From assembly GCA_963744145.1 (NCBI GenBank), contig CAVUSO010000001.1, positions 4,000,001 to 4,064,000 on the forward strand: DNA of 64,000 nucleotides. The letters run 5' to 3'. Positions 29,366 through 39,930 of the stretch are shown here, one piece after another (position 1 is the stretch's first letter; each line of letters opens with the position of its first letter). The notes beneath the pieces were generated by a model. That model saw only the letters and a program-made list of their open reading frames with translations, searched no databases and had not been told where the DNA came from. Source of the stretch: an uncultured cyanobacterium. GTDB lineage: Bacteria > Cyanobacteriota > Cyanobacteriia > Cyanobacteriales > CAWUOF01. The translations under genes were made by a program, and so were the position numbers.

Positions 29366-30325
29366 ATGCCTAAAGATAAGGACAAAAAAGACAAGCATAA
29401 GGACAAGGACAAAAACAAGGACAAGAATATATCTGCACCAAGTAACGCTCAGGACAAGGACAATGATATATCTGTACCAAGTAACGATGATATATCTGTA
29501 CCAAGTAACGCTCTGGAGATATCTGCACCAAGTAACGCTCCGGACAAGGACAATGATATATCTGTACCAAGCGTTCAGGAGATATCTCCACCAAGTAACG
29601 CTCCGGACAAGGACAATGATATATCTGTACCAAGCGTTCAGGAGATATCTCCACCAGCTCAGGAAAAGGAGGTATCTGCTCAACTAGTAAAAGAACTTCG
29701 CAATAAAACTAGTGCAGGAATGATGGACTGTAAAAAAGCCCTCAAAGAAAGCAATGGTGATATTGAAAAAGCCATTGAATGGTTGCGTCAAAAAGGTCTA
29801 GTTTCCGCAGGTAAACTGGAAGGAAAAGCTGCTAGTGAGGGTTTAGTCGATAGCTATATCCATACGGGCGGTCGAGTTGGCGTGCTGGTGGAAGTTAATT
29901 GTCAAACAGATTTTGTCGCTCGAAATGAAGCTTTCAAAGCTCTGGTTCGTAATATTGCTATGCAAATAGCAGCTTGTCCTAATGTTGAATATGTGAAGAT
30001 AGATGATATTCCACCGGAAGTTGCTGCGAAAGAAAAAGCAATTGAGATGGGAAGGGATGACCTGGGTAATAAGCCAGATAATATTAAGGAAAAAATTGTT
30101 GCGGGTAGAATTGAAAAACGCCTGGGTGAACTTTCTTTAATGGATCAAGCTTATATCCGCGACCAAAATATTACCGTGGCAGAGCTAATTAAACAAAATA
30201 TAGCTCAGTTAGGTGAAAATATTCAGGTGCGTCGTTTCACTCGCTTTATTTTAGGTGAAGGTCTGGAGAAAAAAGAAAGCAATTTTGCTGAAGAAGTAGC
30301 TGCTCAAATAGGTGGTAATCAATAG
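29366..30325 (+). CDS. tsf: Elongation factor Ts with a repeat-derived N-terminal extension
   Basis: [29 protein letters not shown]; follows rpsB; ATG 29366 is the only in-frame ATG upstream of the core. Confidence 0.93.
   Translation: MPKDKDKKDKHKDKDKNKDKNISAPSNAQDKDNDISVPSNDDISVPSNALEISAPSNAPDKDNDISVPSVQEISPPSNAPDKDNDISVPSVQEISPPAQEKEVSAQLVKELRNKTSAGMMDCKKALKESNGDIEKAIEWLRQKGLVSAGKLEGKAASEGLVDSYIHTGGRVGVLVEVNCQTDFVARNEAFKALVRNIAMQIAACPNVEYVKIDDIPPEVAAKEKAIEMGRDDLGNKPDNIKEKIVAGRIEKRLGELSLMDQAYIRDQNITVAELIKQNIAQLGENIQVRRFTRFILGEGLEKKESNFAEEVAAQIGGNQ
29424..29660 (+). repeat. In-frame 63-bp/21-bp tandem repeats in tsf
   Basis: GGAGATATCT starts at 29515, 29578 and 29641 (63-bp period); DISVPSN-type subunits. 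Confidence 0.92.
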
Positions 30326-30387
30326 ATGGTGATTCATCCCAATTTTTGATGAAGTTGCCCAAAATGACCTAATCTAGGGAAAAACCG

Positions 30388-30690
30388 TTCGACTACGCCC
30401 CCTTCGACTACGCTCAGGGTAAACTCAGGGTAAACTCAGGGTAAACTCAGGGTAAACTCACGGGACACCTAACCCCCAACCCCCTTCCCTACTAGGGATA
30501 GGGAGCGATGATGATCCTTGCTCCCCTTTCCTCTTAGGAGAGGGGTTGGGGGAGAGGTCGATCCGCGCGATCGCTGGTATTATGGTTCGTTATTGATCTT
30601 TCCTAGCAGAAGATGGGTGAAGCATGAGGGGATAATATTCTCGTTCGATTGTTCAATTTTCACCCTCATGCTTCACCCCTACACTTAACT
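30388..30690. repeat. Cluster of small cyanobacterial dispersed repeats
   Basis: CCCTTCGACTACGCTCAGGGTAA followed by 11-bp ACTCAGGGTAA tandem copies; CCTAACCCCCAACCCCTT...AGGGGTTGGGGGAGAGG palindrome; GGGTGAAGCATGAGGG...CCCTCATGCTTCACCCCTAC REP-like unit. Confidence 0.8.
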
Positions 30691-30718
30691 GAACATTAGG
30701 CTGAAAAATTAATTTTAA

Positions 30719-31468
30719 ATGATTAATGATCAGAAAGTATTGATTTTAGGTGGAACTGGGGAAACTTCAGCATTAATAACTCAAATTAATCAAATTCCCG
30801 GTGTAAGTGCGATCGCGTCTTTTGCTGGTAGAACTGAGTTGTCTGTTACACTAACAAAAACTTTGCGTGTGGGTGGGTTTGGTGGTATAACTGGGTTAGT
30901 AGACTATCTCCAAACCGAAAGAATTGATTATTTAATTGATGCTACACATCCTTTTGCTGCACAAATTTCTTTCCATGCTGCTCAAGCTGCGGATTACTGT
31001 GGTATTCCTCGATTAATGTTAGTTCGTCCTGCTTGGGATGCGATCGCAGGAGATATTTGGATTGAAGTTAAAAATCATCAAGCAGCTCGGGATGTTTTAC
31101 CGGATTTAGCACAACGCATATTTCTGACTATTGGTAGACAAGAACTTTTGGTTTATGCTGATCTCCAGGAACTCTGGTTTTTGATGCGGATGATTGAGTT
31201 ACCCTTACCAAATATTCCTATTCCATCAGGAAAAATCCTGTTACAACGGGGATGTTTTTCTTTAGAACATGAGCGATCGCTTTTGCAAGAATATCAAATT
31301 GGAGCGATCGTTAGTAAAAATAGTGGGGGTGATGCTACCTACTCAAAAATTATGGCTGCACGAGAGTTAAGATTACCTGTAGTCATGATTAAACGTCCAC
31401 CTTTTCCTGAAGGTGAACAAGTACCAGATGTCAATAGTGTGATTACCTGGTTAAAAACCAAGTTATAA
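30719..31468 (+). CDS. cobK: Precorrin-6A/cobalt-precorrin-6A reductase
   Basis: LILGGTGE, RVGGFGG, IDATHPFA, SKNSGG. Confidence 0.93.
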   Translation: MINDQKVLILGGTGETSALITQINQIPGVSAIASFAGRTELSVTLTKTLRVGGFGGITGLVDYLQTERIDYLIDATHPFAAQISFHAAQAADYCGIPRLMLVRPAWDAIAGDIWIEVKNHQAARDVLPDLAQRIFLTIGRQELLVYADLQELWFLMRMIELPLPNIPIPSGKILLQRGCFSLEHERSLLQEYQIGAIVSKNSGGDATYSKIMAARELRLPVVMIKRPPFPEGEQVPDVNSVITWLKTKL

Positions 31469-31484
31469 ATTTTTCGGGTATTTT

Positions 31485-32048
31485 CTACAGTCGAGCTAGT
31501 AGTTCTTGTTTTTTGTTTTGAAACTCTTCTTCCGTCAGAATCCCTTGCTCTTTTAATTTACCGAGTTTCTCTAGAGCTTGATAAATATTAGCTGCATCAT
31601 TCCCCTTTTCATTTTCTAAGTTGGAAACATAGTTTTTACCCTGCTCAAATTCTGCATCATAAACCTGTTTGACTTGTTCTTCGACAAAATTATCCAGACC
31701 ACCACCGCTGGAAAAATGAGTGATCGCAACTTGTCCCACTGCATAGGTCGAAGCTCCAGAAGCGATCGCCATGGAAGCTCCACCAATCATGGTGCCAATT
31801 CCAGGAATTGCTTTGATCAAACTTGCTCCCAGACGAGCAATGGTTGTACCTGTCAGTGCTGAGACAAAGGTTTTTCCTAGACTCCGAGAATAGCTGACCC
31901 CGTAGACATGGGCAATTTGTTGGAGCATTTCTAGTTGGATTGCGGTCACCGCAGCGAAATCAACTAAGGGAATGGGGATTAATCCACCACCCATTGCCCA
32001 CATCACATGGGAACGAATAATTGCTTCAGCTTCAGTGCGTTTGCTCAT
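31485..32048 (-). CDS. YcjF/DUF697 family protein with C-terminal SHOCT-like motif
   Basis: GLIPIPLVDF, KAIPGIG, ASTYAVG; LKEQGILTEEEFQNKKQELL. Confidence 0.8.
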   Translation of the reverse strand: MSKRTEAEAIIRSHVMWAMGGGLIPIPLVDFAAVTAIQLEMLQQIAHVYGVSYSRSLGKTFVSALTGTTIARLGASLIKAIPGIGTMIGGASMAIASGASTYAVGQVAITHFSSGGGLDNFVEEQVKQVYDAEFEQGKNYVSNLENEKGNDAANIYQALEKLGKLKEQGILTEEEFQNKKQELLARL

Positions 32049-32176
32049 TTTAAAAACTCTTTTGGCTATAAATTTTACAGGTGTTCTGCTCTTGCTGGAG
32101 ATTTAATCGGGCTTACAGCTAGTGCACTAAAATTGATCGGAAGTTGCTAGATTTAACGCTAATTTATTGTTACATA

Positions 32177-32269
32177 GCAATTCCTAATTGTCAATGATTA
32201 TTTTTAGAGAGAAAATCAAGTCTCAATACTTGAGTTAATCTAAATTAACTGATCCGATCTAACCATTAG
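32177..32269 (+). repeat. ~90-bp dispersed direct repeat, copy 1 (copy 2 at 55260-55348)
   Basis: 52-bp identical core, 32218-32269 = 55297-55348. Confidence 0.9.
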
Positions 32270-32337
32270 TAAGAATAGCGATCGAGCAATAGGGTTCAGT
32301 TAATCGGGTTTAAGAGTAGCGATCGCGATCGAGCAAA

Positions 32338-33102
32338 TCAATTCTCAACCAAAACAGCATCAAGTAACTTCCAATTAGTATCAATCCAAAACGTACCATC
32401 ACTAAGAATTAACACATCATTTGGAGTTATTCCAGAAAGCATAGGATTAGGTGTAGCTATAGCAGGTAAATCTTTCTTTTTACATATTAATAGCATTACC
32501 TCTATTAATTCTTCGAGGGTATTTTTATTAGCTAATCTTCCGATTTTCTTCCAATTGATTCGATCAACTTCTCGATTTTCATCTTCTTCCATATACAAGG
32601 GAATTGGTATTTGCGAAACTGTCATATTTTGATCAGGAATATTAAAAACAGGAGTAGGAGGTATGATAATTTTGGATAGAGGATCAAAACCTTTATTAAA
32701 TTTATTGAAAATAGATGAAAGCGGTACTGTAAATATTGCTAGTTCTTGTTGGGCAATATACCAGTCAAAATCCATAATTTCCAAATTGACAGTTTCGTTA
32801 TTCCCATGATTTTTATGATATTCATTAATCTCATTCATCAAATCTTTTAATTTTTGCTTCTCTAACAAATATTGGTATTTTTGGACATCAAAGTCAATAT
32901 AAGAAATATCTATCTGTACTTTTATTGCCATATCTAGCGGACCATATCCATCTCCCACATGAATAGGTTCTGAGCTAATATAGGCTTTTTTCCCAAAATA
33001 TCGATGGTGACGATCGACAATGGTAATTTCGTCTCCAATATTCGGGATTTTTAAAGATATTTTGGTAATAGGTTTATTTTTTGATTTGCGATTTTTCCCC
33101 AT
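32338..33102 (-). CDS. Hypothetical protein
   Basis: 254-aa AT-rich ORF with AGGAG RBS; no motif recognised. Confidence 0.6.
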   Translation of the reverse strand: MGKNRKSKNKPITKISLKIPNIGDEITIVDRHHRYFGKKAYISSEPIHVGDGYGPLDMAIKVQIDISYIDFDVQKYQYLLEKQKLKDLMNEINEYHKNHGNNETVNLEIMDFDWYIAQQELAIFTVPLSSIFNKFNKGFDPLSKIIIPPTPVFNIPDQNMTVSQIPIPLYMEEDENREVDRINWKKIGRLANKNTLEELIEVMLLICKKKDLPAIATPNPMLSGITPNDVLILSDGTFWIDTNWKLLDAVLVEN

Positions 33103-33327
33103 TGTTTTGCTCCTATTTTTACACTCAATATTCTATTTTACCATAAGTTGAATAATTAGCGATCGCTTATAGTCACTGTAATTTTGGTAGGATTCGCTGT
33201 TTAGTGGTTGGGAGCGATCGCATTCAATTCGCAATTCTAGAATTCTAATGGAGTTGGAGAGTGGCGATCGCATTCAATCCGAAGTCTGCAATTAAAATCA
33301 TTTTAAAATCATCTAAAGATGTTTTCT

Positions 33328-33717
33328 TTAATTAATAGGTGAACATAATTCAATTAAGGTTCCATCGGGACATCTAATATAAGAAACAATTTGACCCCAA
33401 GGTTTTTCCAAAGGAGCATTAATCTCTAATGCACCTGCTGCGATCGCTTTTTGATGCGCTATTGCCACAGAGTTAGTAATAAGAGCAATTTCAATACCCA
33501 ATGGTTTAATTGAAGACTCAGCGGAAATATAACCATCAGGGAGATTTGACGATCCAAGAGAATGGGAAGCAAAAGATAAAATTGTTTCTCCAGTATCCAA
33601 CTCTCCATAATTTCCTGTGGGATCTAAAAACTTCCTCCTGAAACCAAAAGCTGTTTCAAAAAAAGTTAGTGATTTTAATACATCATTGACATAAATAATT
33701 GTATATCCGAATTTCAT
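33328..33717 (-). CDS. VOC/glyoxalase family protein
   Basis: YTIIYV, YGELDTG, KPWGQIVSYIRCPDGTLIELC. Confidence 0.9.
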   Translation of the reverse strand: MKFGYTIIYVNDVLKSLTFFETAFGFRRKFLDPTGNYGELDTGETILSFASHSLGSSNLPDGYISAESSIKPLGIEIALITNSVAIAHQKAIAAGALEINAPLEKPWGQIVSYIRCPDGTLIELCSPIN

Positions 33718-33885
33718 TTTTTTCCTTTTTTAGATTAATTAGCTTGATATTTGACAATTTCTAATATCAATTTATCATAAAATTAAATTTTTTAGAAGCT
33801 AAAGCTCAGATTTCCTAATGCTAACGTCTTAATTCTTGAGTCCAAATTAATATCGGTTGGCGTTACTGAGACAAAATGCAAGGCT

Positions 33886-34070
33886 TCAAGTGGCGATCGC
33901 ATCTCCAACCCAGATATTATTCTCTCCTAAAGGATTGAAAAGTACAGACTCAATAAACTTAGATTGTCTATTTGCATCCCCAGGTAGAGCCCGCTGATAA
34001 TTACTGGGGATAAATATTTCGTTAGTACCTTCATTTTGTCCTTCCTAATAATTTTGGTATTTTGCTATAG
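33886..34070 (-). pseudogene. DUF262 (GmrSD/ParB-like) N-terminal remnant
   Basis: Hand translation EIFIPSNYQRALPGDANRQSKFIESVL resembles the DUF262 'IP.YQR...W....S.FIES' motif; in-frame stops on both sides. Confidence 0.5.
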
Positions 34071-34132
34071 GCGATCGCTTAACGAGTACGGTTCACTAAA
34101 GAACGCGATCGCATCTTAATTATCAGATTAAA

Positions 34133-36925
34133 TTATGGCGATCGCAGAATCGGTTCAATAAACTCCATAATACCAGCATCATCAAAATTATCAGTAAATT
34201 CAATTAAACGAGCAACAAAAGGATTATATTCAGAATTTAACTGTTCTAATCGGTTAGCTTCATTTATCACCATATCCATATCCCCAATTCGACTAGCTTG
34301 ATAGATTTGCTCAAGTTCCGCTGCTGGTGGGAATATCATTTCTTGTTTGTTTACTATTTCTGCTTCTTCATAATTCCAAGTCATTTGCAAATGATGGGCT
34401 AAGAGATTAAATAAATCTGGGGCGTTCACTGGTTTAGCTAGAAAATCATCACCACCCGCGTCTAAGCTCATTTGCTGGTCTAGTTGTGCTACAGATGCAG
34501 ATGAAACTAATACTTTTAAATGTTTCAATTTTTCATCATTGCGTAATTGTTTAAGAAACTCAAATCCATCCATTACGGGCATTGATAAATCTGTAATTAC
34601 TAAGTCTGGATGATTTTCTCTGATTTTGTCTAAACCGACCTTTCCATTCTCAGCCTCACTAACTACAAAACCAATTGGTTCTAATAGATTGACAATTACT
34701 GCTCGATTTTCCCAACGGTCATCTATTATTAATATTTGTTTGCGATCGCCATTGTAACTGATAATATTACTTACCTGATTTTGTTGCTCTTGTACCCATT
34801 CTTCATTCAATGGTAATTCTATTTCAAAAAAGAATTTACTACCTACTCCCAATTCACTCTCTACTTTAATCTGTCCACCCATTAACTGGACAATTTGCTG
34901 ACTAATGGCTAATCCTAGTCCTGTCCCTTCAGCTTGACGAGAGCGATCGCCTACTTGTTGAAATGCTTGGAATAGTTTATTAATATTTTCTTGACTAATC
35001 CCAACTCCAGTATCTATAACAGAAAAACGTAGGTAAACAAAGGAATTTGGATCAATATTTGAGGTTAATCTCTCAACTTTCAAGGTAACATTATCTTTAT
35101 CAGTAAATTTAATCGCATTACCTAAGAGATTAATTAGCACCTGACGCAATCGTTTCTCATCAGCAATAACCCCATTAGGTAAGTTAGGATCTGGTGTATA
35201 GTAAAAATCAATACTTTTTTGTTGAGCCCGGATTTGGGAGATTTCTACTACACCTTGCACTAGGGAAGGTAAATGAACAGCACTAGGCACTAGTTCGAGT
35301 TTACGAGCCTCAATTTTAGAGATATCTAGAACGTCGTTAATTAGAGTTAGCAAATGAGAACCACACTGATGAATAATATTAGCACCATGACGCGCTTTTT
35401 GATGAAGCTCTTTCATGCGCCCTAAAATTTGAGCATAACCTAAAATACCGTTTAATGGTGTTCGTAGTTCATGACTCATATTAGCAAGAAATTCACTTTT
35501 AGCTTGATTAGCATTATCTGCTATTTGTTTAGCTTGTTTCAGTTCGGCGGTGCGTTCTTCTACTCGTCGTTCTAGTTCAGCATTAGTTTGGGATAAGGTA
35601 TAAAAAGATGCTTGCAATTGACTACTCATTTCATTAAATGTTTCTCCTAGTTGATTTAGTTCTTTAATATTTTCAGGTTGAATTTGTTGGTTAAGATTAC
35701 CTCTAGCGATTTCTTTAGATGCTTTGTTTAGACGATTAATTGGTTGTAGAATCCATCGGGATGTGTAGAAACCGGAGATAGTTGCTATAATTAAAGCCAA
35801 AATACATAGGAAAATTGTAGTACGAGTATTAACATTAATTTGTTCCATAAAATCTGATTCAGGCATTACTACAATTATCAGCCAATCTAATCCTAATTCA
35901 TCGTGCCAAGGAGTTACTTGGATAAATTGACGTTTACCATCAACAAACATATCTAAGCTTTGAATTTCTTTAATGTTGCTAAGATTATTAAATCTTTTAT
36001 TCAAATATTCAGACGTGGACTGAATAAGTGGGTCTTGGCTCTTATTACCTAGTAATCGTTTAGGTTTATTGTTAATAACTGTAAATGGCTCTTCATTACT
36101 AGAACTGGCAATCATTAATCCATTTCGTTCTAATATAAAAGTTTGTCCAGATGAACTAACTTTAGCTTGACGTAGAAATTCACTTATCTTCCAAAGGTGT
36201 TGTTCGATCGCGATCACTCCTTGTAAAACACCCTTATCATCATAAATAGCGCGAGAAGCAGCAATACATAAAGGAAAAGGAGGCGTTACAACCCAGTTAT
36301 AAATTGGACTCCATACTAAACGTCTTTCCTTAATAGCTGATTTATACCAGTCTTCATCACGAATATCGAATCCAGGAGTATCTCTGACTTGTGTAAGATT
36401 GTTACCCTGATCGTCAAACTTTAATACATGATAACGATCATCACCATATTTTTGACGATTAATTTCATCAACAGTAATTGAATTATCCCCTGGAAAAATC
36501 CCAGTAGCAATAAAGTCAACTGTATTAGTTCCATAGGTTAAATAAGTAATATTAAATAGTTTAACCTGTTGCCAAAAATAACGTGCTAGTTGTTCTGAAT
36601 TATTTCGATCTATTAGACCTCTATTAATTACGTCCCAGTTTGCTTGAGTCAGTTGGCGAGTAATTGCCATATAGTTATCTAGACGTTGATTAACACGACT
36701 TGTAACTTCGCCACGTAATTTAGTGGCTAGTTCATTTACAGCTTTTTCTCCATTTCTTAGTGAAATATATGCGGTTAATCCAACAGCTACAGAAATCTGT
36801 AATATAAACGGGGCAATTAAGATGAGTCTTAATGGTATTGAAGCAAATTTAGGCGATCGCTTAGTAGAATCCTGGGTTTTAACTAGCTCAGATACACTAG
36901 CTGGATCTGATTGTTTAGTTTCCAT
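34133..36925 (-). CDS. Hybrid sensor histidine kinase (Cache-HAMP-HisKA-HATPase-REC)
   Basis: [25 protein letters not shown], receiver [13 protein letters not shown]. Confidence 0.93.
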   Translation of the reverse strand: METKQSDPASVSELVKTQDSTKRSPKFASIPLRLILIAPFILQISVAVGLTAYISLRNGEKAVNELATKLRGEVTSRVNQRLDNYMAITRQLTQANWDVINRGLIDRNNSEQLARYFWQQVKLFNITYLTYGTNTVDFIATGIFPGDNSITVDEINRQKYGDDRYHVLKFDDQGNNLTQVRDTPGFDIRDEDWYKSAIKERRLVWSPIYNWVVTPPFPLCIAASRAIYDDKGVLQGVIAIEQHLWKISEFLRQAKVSSSGQTFILERNGLMIASSSNEEPFTVINNKPKRLLGNKSQDPLIQSTSEYLNKRFNNLSNIKEIQSLDMFVDGKRQFIQVTPWHDELGLDWLIIVVMPESDFMEQINVNTRTTIFLCILALIIATISGFYTSRWILQPINRLNKASKEIARGNLNQQIQPENIKELNQLGETFNEMSSQLQASFYTLSQTNAELERRVEERTAELKQAKQIADNANQAKSEFLANMSHELRTPLNGILGYAQILGRMKELHQKARHGANIIHQCGSHLLTLINDVLDISKIEARKLELVPSAVHLPSLVQGVVEISQIRAQQKSIDFYYTPDPNLPNGVIADEKRLRQVLINLLGNAIKFTDKDNVTLKVERLTSNIDPNSFVYLRFSVIDTGVGISQENINKLFQAFQQVGDRSRQAEGTGLGLAISQQIVQLMGGQIKVESELGVGSKFFFEIELPLNEEWVQEQQNQVSNIISYNGDRKQILIIDDRWENRAVIVNLLEPIGFVVSEAENGKVGLDKIRENHPDLVITDLSMPVMDGFEFLKQLRNDEKLKHLKVLVSSASVAQLDQQMSLDAGGDDFLAKPVNAPDLFNLLAHHLQMTWNYEEAEIVNKQEMIFPPAAELEQIYQASRIGDMDMVINEANRLEQLNSEYNPFVARLIEFTDNFDDAGIMEFIEPILRSP

Positions 36926-37137
36926 AGTAGTTTTGGTTAGGAGGTTTTATGGCTAGAATACACTAAGACTTGATTTTTAGCCTTGAATGCGATCACTCCC
37001 AATTTTCCAAATTAAACCCAAATTAATCAAAGCATTAACTAAGCTTAAATTCTCTAAAGTTCGGAAATATTTCAAAAGTCAGTAAAATTTAGGTATCGGA
37101 CTCTGGTATTTTAGGTTAACGCAACGATTTCCCAGAA

Positions 37138-37822
37138 ATGAGTACAGATATTCAAGCAACGTCCAAAAGCATAATTTTGCAAACCAGTCAGCTATTAGAC
37201 CTACTGCTGATCATTTTTCCCCAATATACACGCGAGAAAATCCGTGCATATCTCTATAAAAACTATCGGGAGTATAACAAATCCTTAGATATCAAAGGAA
37301 TGATCGTCACCTATGCGGGGCAACCTGGGGGGAATGGCAGACAGCACCATTGGAAAGTTGATGTCACTAACGCATCCCAGAGATTAAAGAAAATTTTCAG
37401 CGAGTATCAACGAAAGTCAGTCTCAATTGTTCCAGCACCCCCCCAAGACAACCAAGGCCGAAAATGCACCACTAGAATGGAATGGGTTATTTTTACGATC
37501 GCGAGCAGAGTTGAAAATTGCCGAAGCCTTGGATCAAGCCAATGTGTTATTTTTCCCCAATAGTCGCTGTAGAGTGAGCGATCGGGATAACCAGAGAAAC
37601 ACGATCGAGGTAGATTTTTTGATTATCCATCAGGGAAAAATCGGGATATTAGAGGTTGATGGGGCAACTTATCACAAGTCCGCTGCTACAGACCATAAAC
37701 GCGATCGGCTATTCATGCGCCAAGGAATTATGTGCAGTCGGTTTGATGCGGGTGAATGTATGGTAAATCCCCAGAATATTGTTGAAGAGTTTCTGGAGTT
37801 GTTGAGTAGAGGAAAATTATGA
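37138..37822 (+). pseudogene. PD-(D/E)xK/DUF559-like nuclease gene split by a frameshift in a C7 run
   Basis: Overlapping ORFs 37138-37563 and 37427-37822 fuse to 227 aa if one C of 37438-37444 is removed; RSRAELKIAEALD, EVDFL, LEVDG..H. Confidence 0.65.
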
Positions 37823-38500
37823 GAATAATAACTGTAATAGCCATATTTATTTTGAGTCTTTGTTTCATTCTTGGGTTTAGTTTTATTGGTCTTAGTAATC
37901 CATCTAATAGCTCAGTTAGTATTATAGATAAAATTAATCCAAGTGAGTCAAAAGCAGAATCACTTGGTATTCAAGATTATAATTTTGGTTATTGTCTTTC
38001 AGCACCTCCGCTATATAAAGAATCTGGTGAGGATTACGAAGTTGTAATTGATGATCTAGAAACTCTTAAAACTCTGATTAATAATTCGCCAAAATGTAAA
38101 GATTCTAAGATATCTTTAGATTTCTATTTAGTAGATTTTACAAAATGGACATTAATTGGTAAACAATTTACAATTGTTGGAGGATGCGGTGTAGGTACTA
38201 CTTTTATGGTCACTGTTACCCAAGATAAACAACAGCATATTTATAATCATACAATTGTAGTAGGGAGTGAAAGTGCAAAATGTGCAGGTAATTCAAGACA
38301 TCAATCATGGATATTAGTACCTAAGTTACCATTAGCTTATCATGTTGAGTTTAATAATTTAGTAAGATATGATTCTATTATTTATTGTGGTAATAAAATT
38401 GAATATTAATTATGGCCAAATAATTCTGTGCAGTCGGTTTGATGCAGGTGAATGTACGGCAAATCCCCAGAATATTGTTGAAGAGTTTCTGGAGTTGTTG
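37731..38500 (+). repeat. 74-bp direct repeats (37731-37804 and 38427-38500)
   Basis: 71/74 identical; duplicate of the 3' end of the upstream nuclease-like gene. Confidence 0.92.
37819..38409 (+). CDS. Hypothetical Cys-containing secreted/membrane-anchored protein
   Basis: 196 aa, N-terminal hydrophobic helix, AT-rich, enclosed by the 74-bp repeats. Confidence 0.65.
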   Translation: MRIITVIAIFILSLCFILGFSFIGLSNPSNSSVSIIDKINPSESKAESLGIQDYNFGYCLSAPPLYKESGEDYEVVIDDLETLKTLINNSPKCKDSKISLDFYLVDFTKWTLIGKQFTIVGGCGVGTTFMVTVTQDKQQHIYNHTIVVGSESAKCAGNSRHQSWILVPKLPLAYHVEFNNLVRYDSIIYCGNKIEY

Positions 38501-39200
38501 GGGAAAATTTGATATCTAACAAATAATAGTAATTTCTCCGCGACCAATACTATAAACTAATCTATTGATCACTCGTTCAGATTCTAAGTCTATATTTTGA
38601 TTAGCGATATCCATCAGAGTGTTGAATTGGGCAGAGTTCATGTTTCTTTTTCCTTTAACTTTATATTCCTATCATCCCGCTAAAATCTAGTCTAAGCGAT
38701 GATCCGTATCCATACTTAGAGTGATTGTTATTTTCGTTTTAGGCGATCGCATCCCAGTTCTCTTTGTGACCAATATCACCAAAATGAGGACAACCTTGTA
38801 TGGCGATCGCGAGCCAACGATTTCTTTTGGCCAGCTTGATAAACCGGACTAGGGTGCTGTCAACTGCTCGGCATTAGGCTGCTTACGAGTCCCGCAGCGG
38901 CCATTACAGCCAAAATCAATTTCTACTTTTCCCAGTAAAGGGGAAAGTCAACAATCGTTTCAACGATGGCTAAATAGTCGGGTTGCGACAGTCTAACAAG
39001 TCGCTGCACCGGAACGTAGTGGTGGGACAGGTTGCTTGGGGATTAGGGGCGATCGCGGCATACTCCTTGAATAAATTAAATATTATCGTCTCAATTTTGG
39101 TTCTAAAATTACCAGAAGTCTACAAAATATTAAGTTTTAGAAGCCTAGTTTTGTAATAAAATCTATTTAGGTAAATATTCAATCAATTTGAGGTAAATTT

Positions 39201-39815
39201 ATGGTTAATTATGTGTTACGCAACTCGCTTAAAAAAGAAGATATAACCTTACAAACACAAATACAATGGTTTTACCCCATCTTAATAGAAAAAGTTTACA
39301 ATGTATGGGCTTATGTGGGTATAGATAAAGATAGAACCATTCTTGTTGGTCGTAATTCTCTACCATATTTTATTCGTAAATTTCAAACTTTAGAACAAGC
39401 ATATATGGAAAAAATAATGCTGCAATCATTATATAATTGTCCTTTTAAAATTGGTGGATATGATGAGAATAAAGAAAAATTTGATGAATTATGTTCGTTT
39501 AATATTCCAGGGATTTTGGATTTTTGTAATAATTTAGAGTCTGGAATAAATTTATTAAAACAATCTGAGAATAACCTAGATATTCCAGACCACATATTTG
39601 AAGGGCTTCTAGCAATTAAAGAGACAAAGATGATAAATTTTTTTGATACAGATATGGTTAAGCATTACGCTATTGCTTTAAATTTTCCTGAAACAGCAGA
39701 ATGGATTTGTACTAATTTGAATATTTATTTAGAAGGCATTTTGAAAGGATTCAATGTCAAAAAAGTAAAGAAATCGAAAAGTAAGAAAATAAAAATGTCT
39801 CAGATGAAAGCTTGA
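39201..39815 (+). CDS. Hypothetical protein
   Basis: 204-aa AT-rich ORF with GAGG RBS, just upstream of sspB. Confidence 0.6.
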   Translation: MVNYVLRNSLKKEDITLQTQIQWFYPILIEKVYNVWAYVGIDKDRTILVGRNSLPYFIRKFQTLEQAYMEKIMLQSLYNCPFKIGGYDENKEKFDELCSFNIPGILDFCNNLESGINLLKQSENNLDIPDHIFEGLLAIKETKMINFFDTDMVKHYAIALNFPETAEWICTNLNIYLEGILKGFNVKKVKKSKSKKIKMSQMKA

Positions 39816-39864
39816 TGAAAAATATTTGATAATTAAGGGTAATAAAAATAGTTAATCTATTTCC

Positions 39865-39893
39865 TTGTGATTTGAAAACTTTTATAGTATAAT
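39865..39893 (+). promoter_or_regulatory. Putative sigma70-type promoter of the ssp operon
   Basis: TTGTGA-N17-TATAAT, followed by CTGTATGTAA x2 (39901-39920) before the ATG at 39931. Confidence 0.5.
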
Positions 39894-39930
39894 GGTTTAG
39901 CTGTATGTAACTGTATGTAAATAAATTTTA

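Noticed and set aside
29424..29660. tsf repeats as a CRISPR array
   Set aside because: Units are in-frame multiples of 3 with no unique spacers, and no cas genes are present
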